A stretch of 64,000 nucleotides of DNA from contig NC_043021.1 in the NCBI RefSeq assembly GCF_006345805.1, positions 20,956,001-21,020,000 on the forward strand. The letters are read 5' to 3'. Both the position numbers and the translations under genes were made by a program. Each line of letters opens with the position of its first letter. The stretch's first letter is position 1. A model generated the notes under the pieces. That model did no database searches and was not told where the DNA came from. It was given only the letters and a program-made list of their open reading frames with translations. This DNA is from Octopus sinensis (Eukaryota). This document shows, in pieces, positions 11,096 to 24,744 of the stretch.

Positions 11096-11814
11096 AGATA
11101 AGAAAATGGAGAAATACGTCTAAATCAAATATCAATTACCAGATAATACTCAATCACATACTTTATTAAACCACCACATAAGAGATATAAAAAGCAGAAC
11201 AAATCAGTGTACATAAAGGAATGTACATAAAAAATATATATATATAGGCGTAGGAGTGGCTGTATAGTAACTAGCTTGCTTATGAACCGTATGGTTCCCG
11301 GTTCAATCCCACTGTGTGGCACTTTGGACAAGTGTCTTCTACTATAGCCTCGAGCCAACCAAAACCTTGTGAGTGGATTTGATAGACGGAAACTGAAAGA
11401 AGCCCGTTGTATATATGGAATCCTTCTATCCTTCAGATACATACATACAAACATACATACAAACATACATACAAACATACATACAAACATACATACGTAT
11501 ACATATGTGTCTGTGTGGGTGTGTGGGTGTGGGTGTGTGCATGGGCAGCTTTGTGTCTGTGTTTGTCTCCTGCCACTGTGTGTTGGTGTGTTTACATCCC
11601 CCGTAACTTAGCATTTCACCAAAAGAAACCAATACATTAGAACCAGGCTTGAAAAATAGTAAGCGCTGGGGTGATTCATTCAAAACTAAAAGTTCTTCAC
11701 CATGGTGTCCCAGGGTGGCAGCAGTCTAAAGACCGAAACATGATAAAGCTAAAAGATACCTACATACAAATATACATTTAGATACATACATATATGTGTG
11801 TCTGTATGTGTGTG

Positions 11815-11864
<50 letters not shown>

Positions 11865-11867
11865 GTC

Positions 11868-12272
11868 TTTTACTTTTTTACTTGTTTCAGTCATTTGACT
11901 GCAGCCATGCTGGAGCACTGCCTTTAGTCGAGCAAATCAACCCAGGACTTATTCTTTGTAAGCCTAGTACTTATTCTATCGGTTCCTTTTGCTGAACTGC
12001 TAAGTTACGGGGGACGTAAACACACTAGCATCGGTTGTGAAGCAATGTTGGGGGCACAAACACAGACACACAAACACACACACACACACACATAGATAGG
12101 TATAGATATATATACATATACATATATACAACGGGCTTCTTTCAGATCCATTCACAAGGCTTTGGTTGGCTCAAGGCTATAGTAGAAGACACTTGTCCAA
12201 GTTGCCACGCAGTGGGATTGAACCGGGAACCATATGGTTCGTAAGCAAGCTAGTTACCACACAGCCACTCCT
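11868..12272 (-). mobile_element. SINE family A
   Basis: Consensus match with internal (CA/TA)n. Confidence 0.85.
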
Positions 12273-12277
12273 ATGCC

Positions 12278-12309
<32 letters not shown>

Positions 12310-12310
12310 T

Positions 12311-12342
<32 letters not shown>

Positions 12343-12723
12343 ATATGTGTGTGTGTTGTGTGTGTGTGTGTGTGTACACACATACACACACATGCACACG
12401 TATACACTCACACACATATATATATATCAGTCTAATTCCTAAATTTAATATAGACGATGTAACATAACCTTTTAGTTGAGACCACATGAGCTACTGAGTT
12501 CATCTATTTATATAAATGTCGGCAGAATGATTGCTGCAGGCAACTATGGAATCTAACATTAACCTCAGGTTGTCGATTTAGCTAAGTTCCTGCTACAAAT
12601 AGAAGTCAATGCATACATCATATATTATATTAGTGGGGTGTGTGTTTGTGGTGTGTGTGTCTATCTATCTATCTCTCCATATATTTATATATGTAATATA
12701 TGTATTCATATATATATATGTAT

Positions 12724-12759
<36 letters not shown>

Positions 12760-12783
12760 ATAATAATATATATATATATATAT

Positions 12784-12814
<31 letters not shown>

Positions 12815-12970
12815 GAGTGGCTGTGTGTAGTAGTGCTTGTTTACCAACCACATGTTTCGGGTTCAGTCCCACTGCGTGGCATCTTGGGCAAGTGTCTTCT
12901 GCTATAGCCTCGGGCTGACCGATGCCTTGTGAGTGGATTTGTAGACGGAAACTGAAAGAAGCCCGTCGTA

Positions 12971-13010
<40 letters not shown>

Positions 13011-13110
13011 NNNNNNNNNNNNNNNNNNNNNNNNNNNNNNNNNNNNNNNNNNNNNNNNNNNNNNNNNNNNNNNNNNNNNNNNNNNNNNNNNNNNNNNNNN
13101 NNNNNNNNNN
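13011..13110. other. Assembly gap (100 N)
   Basis: Exactly 100 N following a (TA)n run. Confidence 1.
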
Positions 13111-13240
13111 TTGGAATAAGGGCCTTGCAAGTCTACCAGATAGATGGAAGGGCATTGTAGAGCAAATGAAGGAAGGAAAGTATAGTTTAGATTAAAAAGA
13201 AAAACTTTGCTTATCTTAATTTTGAAAAAAACCACATTAT
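13111..13240 (+). mobile_element. mariner transposase C-terminal fragment right after the gap
   Basis: WNKGLASLPDRWKGIVEQMKEGKY* fits the mariner GI..L..RW...V...G.Y terminus. Confidence 0.65.
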
Positions 13241-14560
13241 TTTAGTATATATATAGTTATATGATATAGTGCATATTTATACACATAAGGAATCCATTTA
13301 GTGTGAGATTCAACACATTAGAGAGAACAGCTAGGTTCTATAAACCACAAAAATAACGGATAAAATTCGACAGGAATAAATTTGGAAATGAAATATTCCT
13401 GTCGAATTTTATCCGTTATTTTTGTGGTTTATAGAATCTAGATGTTCTTTCTAATGTGTTGAATCTCACGCTAAGTGGATTCCTTATGTGTATAAATATG
13501 CACTATATCGTATGACTAATATATAGTTTTCTTGACTAATATTTTTTTTCCACGTTAGACCACTGGAAATGTAAATTTTGATTGAATATTTTAAATTTAA
13601 TTAAATTTCATTTCCCTTTGATATGATTATATATATATATATGTATGTATATGTTTGTGTGTGTGCGTGTGTTTGTTCCCCCCCAACATCACTTGACAAC
13701 CGATGCTGGTGTATTTACATCCCCGTCACTTAGCAGTTCAGCAAGAGAGACCAATAGTAGGTGTACAAAGAATAAGTCCTGGGGTTGATTTGCTTGACTA
13801 AAGGCGGTGCTCCAGCATGGCCAAAGTCAAATGACTGAAACAAATAAAAGAATAAAAGAACCATATGTATGTATATGTGTGTATGTATGTGTATATATAC
13901 TGTGCATTTGTGTCTCCTAATCTTGACACTTGCTCAAGATGCAAGGCACTGAATATCTTAATCGATCTTGTGAAGTGAACTTGAAGACAAATGTGCTTGC
14001 AACTTTATGCGTATCATCATCATCATCATTTAACGTCCGCTTTCCATGCTAGCATGGGTTGGACGAATGACTGAGGGCTGGCGAACCAGAAAGCTGCACC
14101 AGGCTTCAATCTTGATCTTGCAGTGTTTCTACAGCTGGATGCCCTTCCTAATGCTAAAAAAGTGTTGTGGGTACTTTTATGTGCCAGTCAGGCGGTAATG
14201 GCAATGACCTCGCTCGAATGTTTTTACACATGCCACCGGTAAGGCGATACTGGTAGCGATCACGCTCGATTGGTGTCTTTTACATGCCACCGGCACAGAG
14301 GCCAGATAGCCACTCTGGCAACGATCACGCTCGGATGGTGCTCTTAACACCCTACTAGCACGGGGCTTGTGTGCCAGTAAGGCGACGCAGGTAACGATCA
14401 CGTTTGAATGGTGCCTTCTAAGTGCCACTGGCACTGAAGCTGGTTAGCTGCTCTGTCAATGATCACACTCGTATGGTGCTCTTTGCACCCTGCGAGCACG
14501 GACACCAGTCATCGAATTTGATTTTGATATAAAACATATATCTATATTACTACACACACA

Positions 14561-14592
<32 letters not shown>

Positions 14593-14757
14593 TGATATGT
14601 ATATGTATGCTTGTGTGCTTATATACATACATATGTATATGTGTATATGTATATATATATATATGTACATATATATGTGTGTGTATGTGTGTGCATACAT
14701 TCTGTTCTTTCACCTGCCTGTGATATTTTGAATGTTTTTTGTATATTTTTTTCACAA

Positions 14758-14790
<33 letters not shown>

Positions 14791-14879
14791 GTGGTTGTGT
14801 GTGTATATATATATATATTATATGTGTGTGTGTGTGTGTTGTGTGGTGTATATATATATAGATAGATAGATAGATAAGC

Positions 14880-15282
14880 GGGTATGTGTGGTAAGTAGCT
14901 TGCTAACAACCACATGGGTCCAGGTTCAGTCCCACTGCGTGGCACCTTGGGCAAGTGTCTTCTACTATAGCCTTGGGCCGACCAAAGCCTTGTGAGTGGA
15001 TTTGGTAGACGGAACTGAAAAGAAGCCCGTCGTATATATATATATATATATATATATATGTGCGTGTGCATGTGTGTGTTTGTGTTTGTTCCCCCACCAT
15101 CGCTTGACAACCGATGCTGGTGTGTTTACGTCCCCGTCACTTAGCGGTTCGGCAAAAGAGACCGATAGAATAAGCACTGGGCTTACAAAAAGAATAAGTC
15201 CCGGGGTAGATTTGCTCGACTAAAGGCGGTGCTCCGGCATGGCCGCAGTCAAATGACTGAAACAAGTAAAAGAGTAAAAGAG
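14880..15282 (+). mobile_element. SINE family A
   Basis: Consensus match ending in a (GTAAAAGA)n tail. Confidence 0.9.
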
Positions 15283-15969
15283 ATATGTGTGTGTGTACAG
15301 TTTACTTTTTCCGTTAAGATACTTCATCCGGTAATGAAATAAAATATCCTTTAATGTACACACACTACGGAGTGTACATTAAATAATATGTATGTATGTA
15401 TGACATATATATATACACATACACAGACACCCACGCACACATACATAAGTACCGAATTGATATTTAGCAGAGAGAAATAGAGGTCGGAAAATCTGCAGCT
15501 ACTGTTGTAACACTAACGCAATAATGAAATAAGCCACAACCACAACAATAACAACAGATATCAACCTCCACAAGGAGTGGGAGAGAGAGGGAGTGGAAGT
15601 AGGAGTAAGTGCAGAGTAAAACCTCCGACGACGTGGATTTGTTACCGCGCAAAGAAGACAATTGTCATTGCTGTAGAATCGAAGGTTTTTTTTTATAAAT
15701 ATATAATTCTTCGGAGTTGGTAAATATATGTGCTTCTTATTTATACTCTCTTTCTCTCAAGATATGACGTTGTTGTCTATGCTTACCTACATGTACTCGT
15801 ATCATCTACCTTGCATACACGATTTCTTTTATTCATCCATCCATCCATTCATTCATTTATCTCTCATTTATATATAAATGTGTATGAATTGTTGCTTAGC
15901 CCCAGGTCAGCTCGACTCATCAGGGCATGTAGACGAAGGTGTGACAGCGGTGACCATCCAATTTATATG

Positions 15970-16001
<32 letters not shown>

Positions 16002-16530
16002 ACAGCCGAAATCTGCGATGAGGGATCAGTTTCTGACTGAAGAATGAAGGCTTTGAATGACCCGTTTGTCTTTTTGTTCGTCCCTTCGTGTATTTCATGT
16101 TATTTATTTATGTAAAGGTTTATTATATATATATATATATGTGTTGGAGATTAATATTGCCTCACGTGTTTTTGTATAAGACGGTTGTTATGCTCATACG
16201 ACCAGGTCGATCAATGGGATCCCAGACCCCTTCTCAGTTCGTCTTTGTATCTGTATTATATATATATATTTATATAGGCCTATACATGTTATACATTAAG
16301 CATTATTGATAAATATCATATTTCAATATACTCTTGTATATGCTTGTCATTGTGTGTGCATATGAGTATACGCATGATTTTTATACCGTATATTTATATA
16401 TATATATACATATATATATATGTATGTTGAATTTTCTGCTGCTTTTAAATAAAGCATATACTCTACTTCTGGTATTTGAGTACTCTTTTTTCCACCTTGT
16501 TTCACATTTATGTGTTTACTCCGGTATACA

Positions 16531-16578
<48 letters not shown>

Positions 16579-16886
16579 ATAGTAGGCACACACGAATCTG
16601 TAGAGTATAAATGAATTTTTCTGTGCGAACAGTTTATTTACTGATAATGTCATACACTACACGTAATTAATTAGAAATTTGTTGGGTCTTTGACTATAAT
16701 GCTCATTTATTTAAAGTATAAACAAGTTATTAGCGTATGTCGCGAGCGTGTATACATACCTACACACAGGTATTTGTGTATGTGTATATATATATCTATA
16801 TCTATCTATATATATATACATACATGTTTGTATGTACCGTGAAAAATCCTGGCTCATAAGAAAGATAAGGATTCATATTATCCTCG

Positions 16887-16936
<50 letters not shown>

Positions 16937-17103
16937 CTCAAAATAAGCAACAAGAATGACTCCGGTAATTTGGTACAATTGTTTCGCACTAGTTGCTTAT
17001 TTTGATTATAATCACCCCACAAATTTTTATGGATAACACCAGACAAAATTCTGGTGCATCTAAATTAAGTACCATATTCATTCGAATCTAAATTTTTGCT
17101 GAA

Positions 17104-17156
<53 letters not shown>

Positions 17157-17274
17157 GTGTGTTTTATATAACGGTTCCTCCTTCGGCCCCGACAATGAGC
17201 ATTCCAATAGATAATCAACCAAACTGCCTCATCTTTAGATTATTGTCTATAATCGTTGAATGTTCCACAGGCTT

Positions 17275-17417
17275 TTATGGCCTTAACTTTTCCCATTCTC
17301 GTGCAGAACCATCGATCAGCAACGCTGGATCTTTTGAGCAACAGGTGCAATCCGTCCGATGGGTTTCTATACCATTTTTATGTTCTTCGAGTTTCACTTC
17401 AGAAATGCTAGGCTGAC
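17275..17417 (-). CDS. Candidate terminal coding exon (GQPSISEVKLEEHKNG...EWEKLRP*) of an unidentified gene
   Basis: T-rich acceptor ttttgtttttttcggagcttcag|; 46 open codons then TAA; unique sequence; a competing + strand reading also exists. Confidence 0.3.
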
Positions 17418-17948
17418 CTGAAGCTCCGAAAAAAACAAAAATCCCCCAAAAAACCAAGGACATTTACGTTGATATTCCACGCTGCGGATCGAAACCGGGA
17501 CCTCATGATTGCATAACGAATATATATGAATGTAGTCCGATTCAGTGAGCTAAATTCATTGTGTATATACTCTCATTGTATGTGTGTGTATACTCTTATT
17601 GTATATGTGTACAGACACAGACATGCATTCACAAATTTCATCCTTGATTCAGCTGTTATATCCACATTTAATCTTTTTTCCTTCTCCTAGACATCCTGTA
17701 TCTACGACTGCATTCTCCAATGTCACCCTTGCCTTCCTTTAAAAAGGAAAAAAAAAAAAAAGAACGGATAGTAGTGTGTGATTTGATTAATTTGACTGCT
17801 ATTTCTAGCGGATTGAGTGACCAGTCTGAGTTACTCTCAATGTCCCTCGTTCATTCTATGTGGATTTTTCTCGTTTTGTGTAGAATATGACAACATTACA
17901 AAATTAATTAATGGTTTTCTGTACATTACAATGTGAACTCCATTAGTG

Positions 17949-17983
<35 letters not shown>

Positions 17984-19375
17984 AGAACATAATTTTTGTG
18001 GAGAATGGCGATTTGACGTCTATATCTAGCATGTTGACTGTCCACTTTTCGTGTTCAGTCCTTAATTGGTATATATAAATATTGTAATCTTCGGATTCTT
18101 TTTAATATGCTAGACCACTGGTTTTAATTGATAAATATCAATTTCTACCCTTAATTAATTTTGTATATATGTATGTATATATGCATATATACATGGCATA
18201 CATAGACACACATGTATATATACATGTAGAAAATGTATGATTACGCGGTTTCTTTTTAAACAAAGTCAAAAGAGCGTGTATAGAATACGTTTTAGAGTAA
18301 CATTTATTTCTGTTAAGCCTGGTCATTCATATTTCATCACTTCCCAGTATTTTCTCGGTCTATGCCATCCTCCAGAGGACAATATTTGTTGCTTCAAAGG
18401 ATCGAATCGGCCAAGAAACTCCTAGATTTTTCCCTCTGCAATGCTCGTTTCTACCGGCAACAGATAGCAGCAAAATCTTATCTCATCTCTTCTCAAATTT
18501 GTCCCTCTAACCATTGTAAAACAACAACTAAACAAAACCCCTATCAGTAAATAAACATATATATATATATATATAAACAACTTAACTCAGAATGGAAGGA
18601 CACCTTGGAGAATGTCGTTATTAAATCGACCGATCGATCGATCGATCAGGGTTGATCTGGTGTTAAACAAGTCTATATATTTGTTGTATCACCGTGTGTC
18701 TGTTATCTGACTGAGTGGACTTAAGGATCACAGACGTTCTAGTCATGACCATCTATCTTGTCATTGTCCAGATCAGAGTATAATGCATTGACCAACGTGT
18801 CCTTCCTTTTCCTTTTCAAAAACGGTAATTTGAATGAGATTTGGCTGCTATTTTTAGCAGTTCGAGCGACCACGTAGAGGCTTCTACGTCGGCTCGGACC
18901 ACATCTGAGTAATGCATTGCCCAACGAATCTTTCCTTTTCGTAAACGGTAATTTCAAGTGAAATTTAGCTGCTATTTTTAGCGGTTTGAGCTACTACGTA
19001 GCAACTTCTTCATTGGCTCCATTATTGCCTTTAGAACCGTGTAATCTATCTATTTGTCTCTCTATCCAGATGTCTGCCTATCTACCTAGTTGTCTAACCG
19101 TCTATTTAATCTCCCTGTCTCTCTATCTAATTATTTATCTGTCTATCTGTCTACCTGTTCATCTAGCCATCTGTCCTTCCTCTCTGTCTATTTAGATGTC
19201 TGGCTGCCCGTCTGACTATCCCCACACATATAATTAACTATTGTAGTTGCGGTTTCTTCTCCTTACAAAGACAGCCAAATACGTTGTCAAATACGTATAA
19301 CTAAATCAGTGCATTTTAATTAATTAATTCTACATTATTGGTAGTAAATTCGATGTTTTAAAATTTAGTTATATT

Positions 19376-19762
19376 CTCTCTTTTACTTGTTTCAGTCATA
19401 TGACTGCGGCCATGCTGGAGCACCGCCTTTAGTCGAGCAAATCGACCCCGGGACTTATTCTTTTGTAAGCCCAGTACTTATTCTATCGGTCCCTTTTGCC
19501 GAACCGCTAAGTGACGGGGACGAAACACACCAGCATCGGTTGTTAAGCAATGCTAGGGGGACAAACACACACACACACAAACATATATATATACATATAT
19601 ACGACGGGCTTCTTTCAGTTTCCGTCTACCAAATCCACTCACAAGGCATTGGTCGGCCCGGGGCTATAGCAGAAAACACTTGCCCAAGATGCCACGCAGT
19701 GGGACTGAACCCGGAACCATGTGGTTGGTTAGCAAGCTACCTACCACACAGCCACTCCTGCG
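19376..19762 (-). mobile_element. SINE family A, first unit of a local tandem duplication
   Basis: Consensus match. Confidence 0.9.
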
Positions 19763-21284
19763 CCTATATAGATACTTTTTTTCTTCAAAATTCCCATTTT
19801 GCTTTCCCCACAATTAACTCGTGTAGGTTGAGCTATGTAAATCGTTAGAGAAACAAACAGCTGTTTCTTGCAAATAAATACATCGACCCCAATGCTCCAA
19901 GTGTCACTTAATGTTATCGACTTCGAAAAGCGGAAAGACAAAGTCGACCTCGGAGGCCTTTGTGCCGCCTGAAAGAAATGTTGTTAAACATTTTAGTCAG
20001 ACTCGCTTTCTTATGTCTAGTTGTAATAACAAGAACCAGTGGGAACTTCGAAAATATCCAAGCTTCATTAATGTCTTTAGCTGTATTTTAATGTCTAAAT
20101 TTATTATTTTTTTACTTGTTCAGTCGTTGAGCTGCGACCTTGCTGGGGCACTTCTTTTCACGGGTTAGTCGAACATGTTGGCTCCTGTAGTTTTTTTTTA
20201 AAGTCTGGTATTAACTCTCTCTCTTACTCTTTTACTTGTTTCAGTCATTTGACCGTGGCCATGCTGGAGCACCGCCTTCTAGTCGACCAAATCTACCCCA
20301 GGACTTATTCTTTGTAAGCCTAGTACTTATTCTATCGGTCTCTTTTGCCGAACAGCTGATTTACGGGGACGTAAACACACCACCATTGGTTGTCAAGCAA
20401 TGCTAGGGAGACAAAACACACCACAAACACACACACATACACACACATATATATATATATATACGACAGGCTTCCTTCAGTTTCCATCTACCGTGTGGTT
20501 GGTAAGCAAGCTACTTACCACACAGCCACTTCTACGCCTATATAGATACTTTTTTTTTCTTCAAAATTCCCATTTTGCTTTCCCCACATTATTAACTCGT
20601 GTAGGTTGAGCTATGTAAATCGTTAGAGAAACAAACAGCTGTTTCTTGCAAATAAATACATCGACCCCAGTGCTCAAAGTGGCACTTAATGTTATCGACT
20701 TCGAAAGGCGGAAAGACAAAGTCGACCTCGGAGGCCTTTGTGCCGCCTGAAAGAAATGCTGTTAAACATTTTAGTCAGACACGCTTTTTTATGTATAGTT
20801 GTAATAACAAGAACCAGTGGGAACTTCGAAAATATCCAAGTTTCATTAATTTCTTTAGCTGTATTTTAATGTCTAAATTTATTATTTTTCTTCACTTGTT
20901 CAGTCGTTGAGCTGCGACCTTGCTGGGGCACTTCTTTTCACGGGTTAGTCGAACATGTTGGCTCCTGTAGTTTTTATTTTATTTTAAAGTCTGGTACTTA
21001 CTCTCTCTCTTTTACTTGTTTCAGTCATTTGACTGTGGCCATGCTGGAGCACCGCCTTCTAGTCGACAAAATCGACACCCCAGGACTTATTCTTTGTAAG
21101 CCTAGTACTTATTCTATCGTTCTCTTTTGCCGAACCGCTAAGTTACGGGGACGTAAACACACCACCATTGGTTGTCAAGCGATGTTGGGGGGGGGGGACA
21201 AACACAGACACATACATATACGATCTTGATGATTTATTCACATTGTTTTGAGATGTTGATGATGTGATTCTTTTATTTTTAAAA

Positions 21285-21686
21285 CTAGCAGTATTGCCCG
21301 GCGTTGCTCGGGTTTGTAAGGGAAATAACTATATAAGCATTTTTAGAGAGTTATAGCCAAAAAATAGCAAAAAAATGCATTAAAAACGGAAGAAAAATGA
21401 TGGTAAATTTTTTTTTAAATCGTTTGACTCATCGTAGACATTTTTAGAGAGTTACTTCCCTTATATAATAGCGAATTAAATGCATTAAAATGGAAAAAAA
21501 TGATGGTAAATTTTTTTTTAAATCGTAGACTCATCGTAGACGCGTGCTAATACCCAGAAGGGCTCAATATGAATCATGACTATAAGATAGTCGTTTGGTT
21601 AAACTGCACCGCAAAATGTGGGAGTAGTTAGGAATCTAAATCGTAGGAGACAGACAGACACACAACCTCACTTTTATATATAAAGA
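21285..21686 (-). mobile_element. Non-autonomous Helitron
   Basis: Minus strand begins A|TC, ends with hairpin CCCG-AGCAACGC-CGGG then CTAG|T; (GACA)n near the 5' end; internal duplication of about 105 bp. Confidence 0.85.
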
Positions 21687-21774
21687 TGACATTGTAGAGT
21701 CCATGACACTCTAAGGATTCTGCGGTAACATCACATTTCAAAAGCCATTGTTATATGGGAAAAGGTGTTACCAC

Positions 21775-22125
21775 AGAATCCTTAGTGTTGTGGACGGAGA
21801 GAAGGACGAACAACTAGGTACTAGAAAAGCTCGGTTGCAAGATGACGCTTCGGCGAAACATCACGAAGCGGAAGCTGTGGTTCTTTGGCCATGTCATGCA
21901 CCGAGATGGACTTGATCGAACGATCGTAACTGGCAAGGTGAACGGCAGACGTAAAAGAGGCAGACCACCCCACTTCTTGGCTGAAGGACATCGCAACGAC
22001 AGGATTGTCTTTATTCTCGGCTGTCCATGGGGAAGAGGACAGGAGAAGGTGGCAAGACATCGTGATGACCAGAGCATCGCATAATGCGACACCTGACTAG
22101 GATGATGATGATGATGATGATGATT
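21775..22125 (+). mobile_element. RTE LINE 3' end with (GAT)n tail
   Basis: LRRNITKRKLWFFGHVMHRDG...GKVNGRRKRGRP followed by a GATGAT tail. Confidence 0.8.
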
Positions 22126-22397
22126 GTAGAGTAGGTGTAAGAGGCCAGATCCAGCTGATTTGAAGATAAAGCTGGTAGACTGGTTTAAATGCTCAGGAGC
22201 TAAACATAACGTGGCCGATGCCTCTGTGCCGGTGGTACTTGTCCTGCTGTGCTTGAGGAGACCTATTGAGTCAAGTACATAAACGTTGAAATAGATATCA
22301 AATGGAAATAGCAGTTGTGATACCTGTGCTGGTGGCACGTAAAAAGCACCATCCGAACATGGCCGATGCCAGTGCCGCCTTGACTGGCCTCTGTGCT

Positions 22398-23338
22398 CAT
22401 CATCATCATCATTGTTCGACCATGGTCGAGACAATGGAATTTACCATGCTACGCCAGATCTCACAGTCCATCATGGCATTACGGAGGTCCTGTTGCTGGA
22501 TGCCTGTATCCCTGGAGATTACATCAGGGTAGGAGAGTGTGCGCCCCCTGGTATTGCGAGTAGATGGCTTCCAGAGGAGAAGAGTAGAAATTACCTCTTT
22601 TTCAGCTCTACAACAATGTCCAGCAAACTGGACTCTCTTACCTTTCACAAGAGATGACACAGGTGGTAGTTTCCCATATATTTGCATTTTGGTTGGATGG
22701 CGCTTCCACAAGAGATTTTGAGCTCTCATAAGGAGGCGAGTGTAGGTTCCATCCAACCGCCTCTCAAGCTTCTTTGATAACGTCCAGGTTTCTGAGCCAT
22801 ATAGTAGAATTGGTTCGACTGTGGCTTTGAAGATTTCAAGTTTGAAGTCTCTACTTAGATTTGATGACCAGAACTTATGCATGTCATTACAGGCTGACCA
22901 GGCCATACCCTTTCTAGTTAGAAAGTCTTTTCCAGATGATGATATGTATGACCCAAGATATTTGTAATCAGAAACCATATTTAAGGGCGTATTGTTGAGA
23001 GTATGGATGATGCAATCACTGTTGGACAGGCACTTGTTTATGTATTCAGTCTTGGCCTCATTGAGGTAAAGACCTACACAATTTGAGGCTTGTTCAAGAG
23101 ATTGTAAAAGAGACTGGGCATTGGAGAGAGAATCACTGACAAGAGCGATGTCGTCAGCAAAGTCAGTGTCTGTCAAGTACTCAGCTGGGTGTCTGGAACT
23201 TCTTCTTGGTTTTATTTCAAAGCCCTTGCCAGAGATGGTATCAACTGACATACGTAGCACATAATCAACAACAATGATGAAAAGAAATGGGGCAAGTGTG
23301 TCTCCCTGCAGTATTCCGGCTTTGATTGAGAAAGATGA
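22398..23338 (-). mobile_element. 5'-truncated RTE-clade LINE (RT motifs 4-7 and thumb), nested in another LINE 3'UTR
   Basis: GILQGDTLAPFLF, FADDIAL, YKYLGSYI, ILLYGSETW; uninterrupted frame; (GAT)n tail; TSD TGTGCT at 22392-22397 and 23339-23344. Confidence 0.95.
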
Positions 23339-24077
23339 TGTGCTGGTGGCACGTAAAAAGCACCAACCAATCGTGGCCACTGCCAGCCTCCCCTGGCACG
23401 TAAAAAGCACCCACTACACTCACGGAGTGGTTGGCGTTAGGAAGGGCATCCAGCTGTAGAAAACCTTGCCAGATCAGACTGGAGCCTGGTGCAGCCCCTG
23501 GCTTCCCAGACCCCGGTCGAACCGTCCAACCCGTGCTAGCATGGAAAAATGGACGTTAAACGATGATAATGATGATTCAGTGTTGAAATTTTTGTTGCAC
23601 CTACTGTGACCTTGTCATTGACACGATACCCCTGCATCTGGTCTGTGGGTCTTTGGTGAGGTTGTCGGTTGATACATGTACCTTTTAACCTTTACTTGTT
23701 TCTGCCATTACACTGTGGCCATGCTGGGGCACCACCTTCAAGAATTTTTAGTTGAATGAATTGATCTCAGTACTTTTTTTTTAAGGTTGGTACTTATTCT
23801 GTTGATCACTTTTGCTGAACTTCTAAGTTACAGGGATGTAAACACATTAACACCAGTTGTCAAGTGGTGATGGGGGACAGTCACAGACACGCACACACAC
23901 ACACACACAAATAAATACATATACAATGGGCTTCTTTCAGTGTCCATCTATCAGATCCATTGACAAAACTTTAGTTAGTTCAAGGCTATAGCAGATGACA
24001 CTTGCCCAAGGTGAACCAAAGACATCTGAGTCTTCAAAGAAGAATTCAGATGTAACTAGTAACAGCTTCTCTCGAAA

Positions 24078-24412
24078 ATGGTCAAAATTTGGCATCGTGG
24101 TGTTATCAATTACCTGCACAAAAAAGGCTTTAGCCCCCAAGGACGTTCATGATGATGTGGTTGATACATTGAGGGATGATGCTCCAGCTTTATCAATGGT
24201 GCAAAAGTGGGCAGATGAATTTAGGAGAGGAAGGGAGAATCTTGAAGATGACCCAAGGTCTGCATGTTCTGCAACTGCCTCCACCAAGGAAAACAATGAT
24301 TGTGTTTAACACATGGCGATTGACCATAAATCAAATACCCAGTGTTAGCATATCCTGTGAGAAGGTTGAGAATATTCTGCACAATGAACTTGGCATGATG
24401 AAGGTTTCCGCT
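24078..24412 (+). pseudogene. mariner transposase N-terminal (HTH) pseudogene fragment
   Basis: MVKIWHRGVINYLHKKG, MVQKWADEFRRGRENLEDDPRS, VENILHNELGMMKVSA with frameshifts; truncated by a LINE 3'UTR. Confidence 0.85.
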
Positions 24413-24744
24413 GCCAGCCTTGCCTGGCCCCCGTGTCGGTGACACGTAAAAGCACCATCCGCTTGCGTCCGTCGCCAGCCTCGCCTGGCCCCCGTGCCAG
24501 TGGCACGTAAAAGCACCATCCGTTCGTGGCCGTTTACCAGCTCTGTCTGGCACCTGTGCGGGTGGCACGTAAAAAGCACCCACTACACTCACGGAGTGGT
24601 TGGCGTTAGGAAGGGCATCAAGCCGTAGAAACACTGCCAGATCTGACTGGGCCTGATGAAGCCTTCCGGCTTCACAGACCCCAGTTGAACCGTCCAACCC
24701 ATGCTAGCATGGAAAACGGATGCTAAATGATGATGATGATGATA

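Noticed and set aside
12470-12596. Minus-strand segment with acceptor and donor signals
   Set aside because: Stops in all three frames; cannot be supported as coding
24648-24675. CTGATGA-AGCC-TTCC-GGCT hairpin; also CTGATGAG near 35846
   Set aside because: No GAAA core follows; the first is a point variant of the LINE UTR CTGGTGCAGCC
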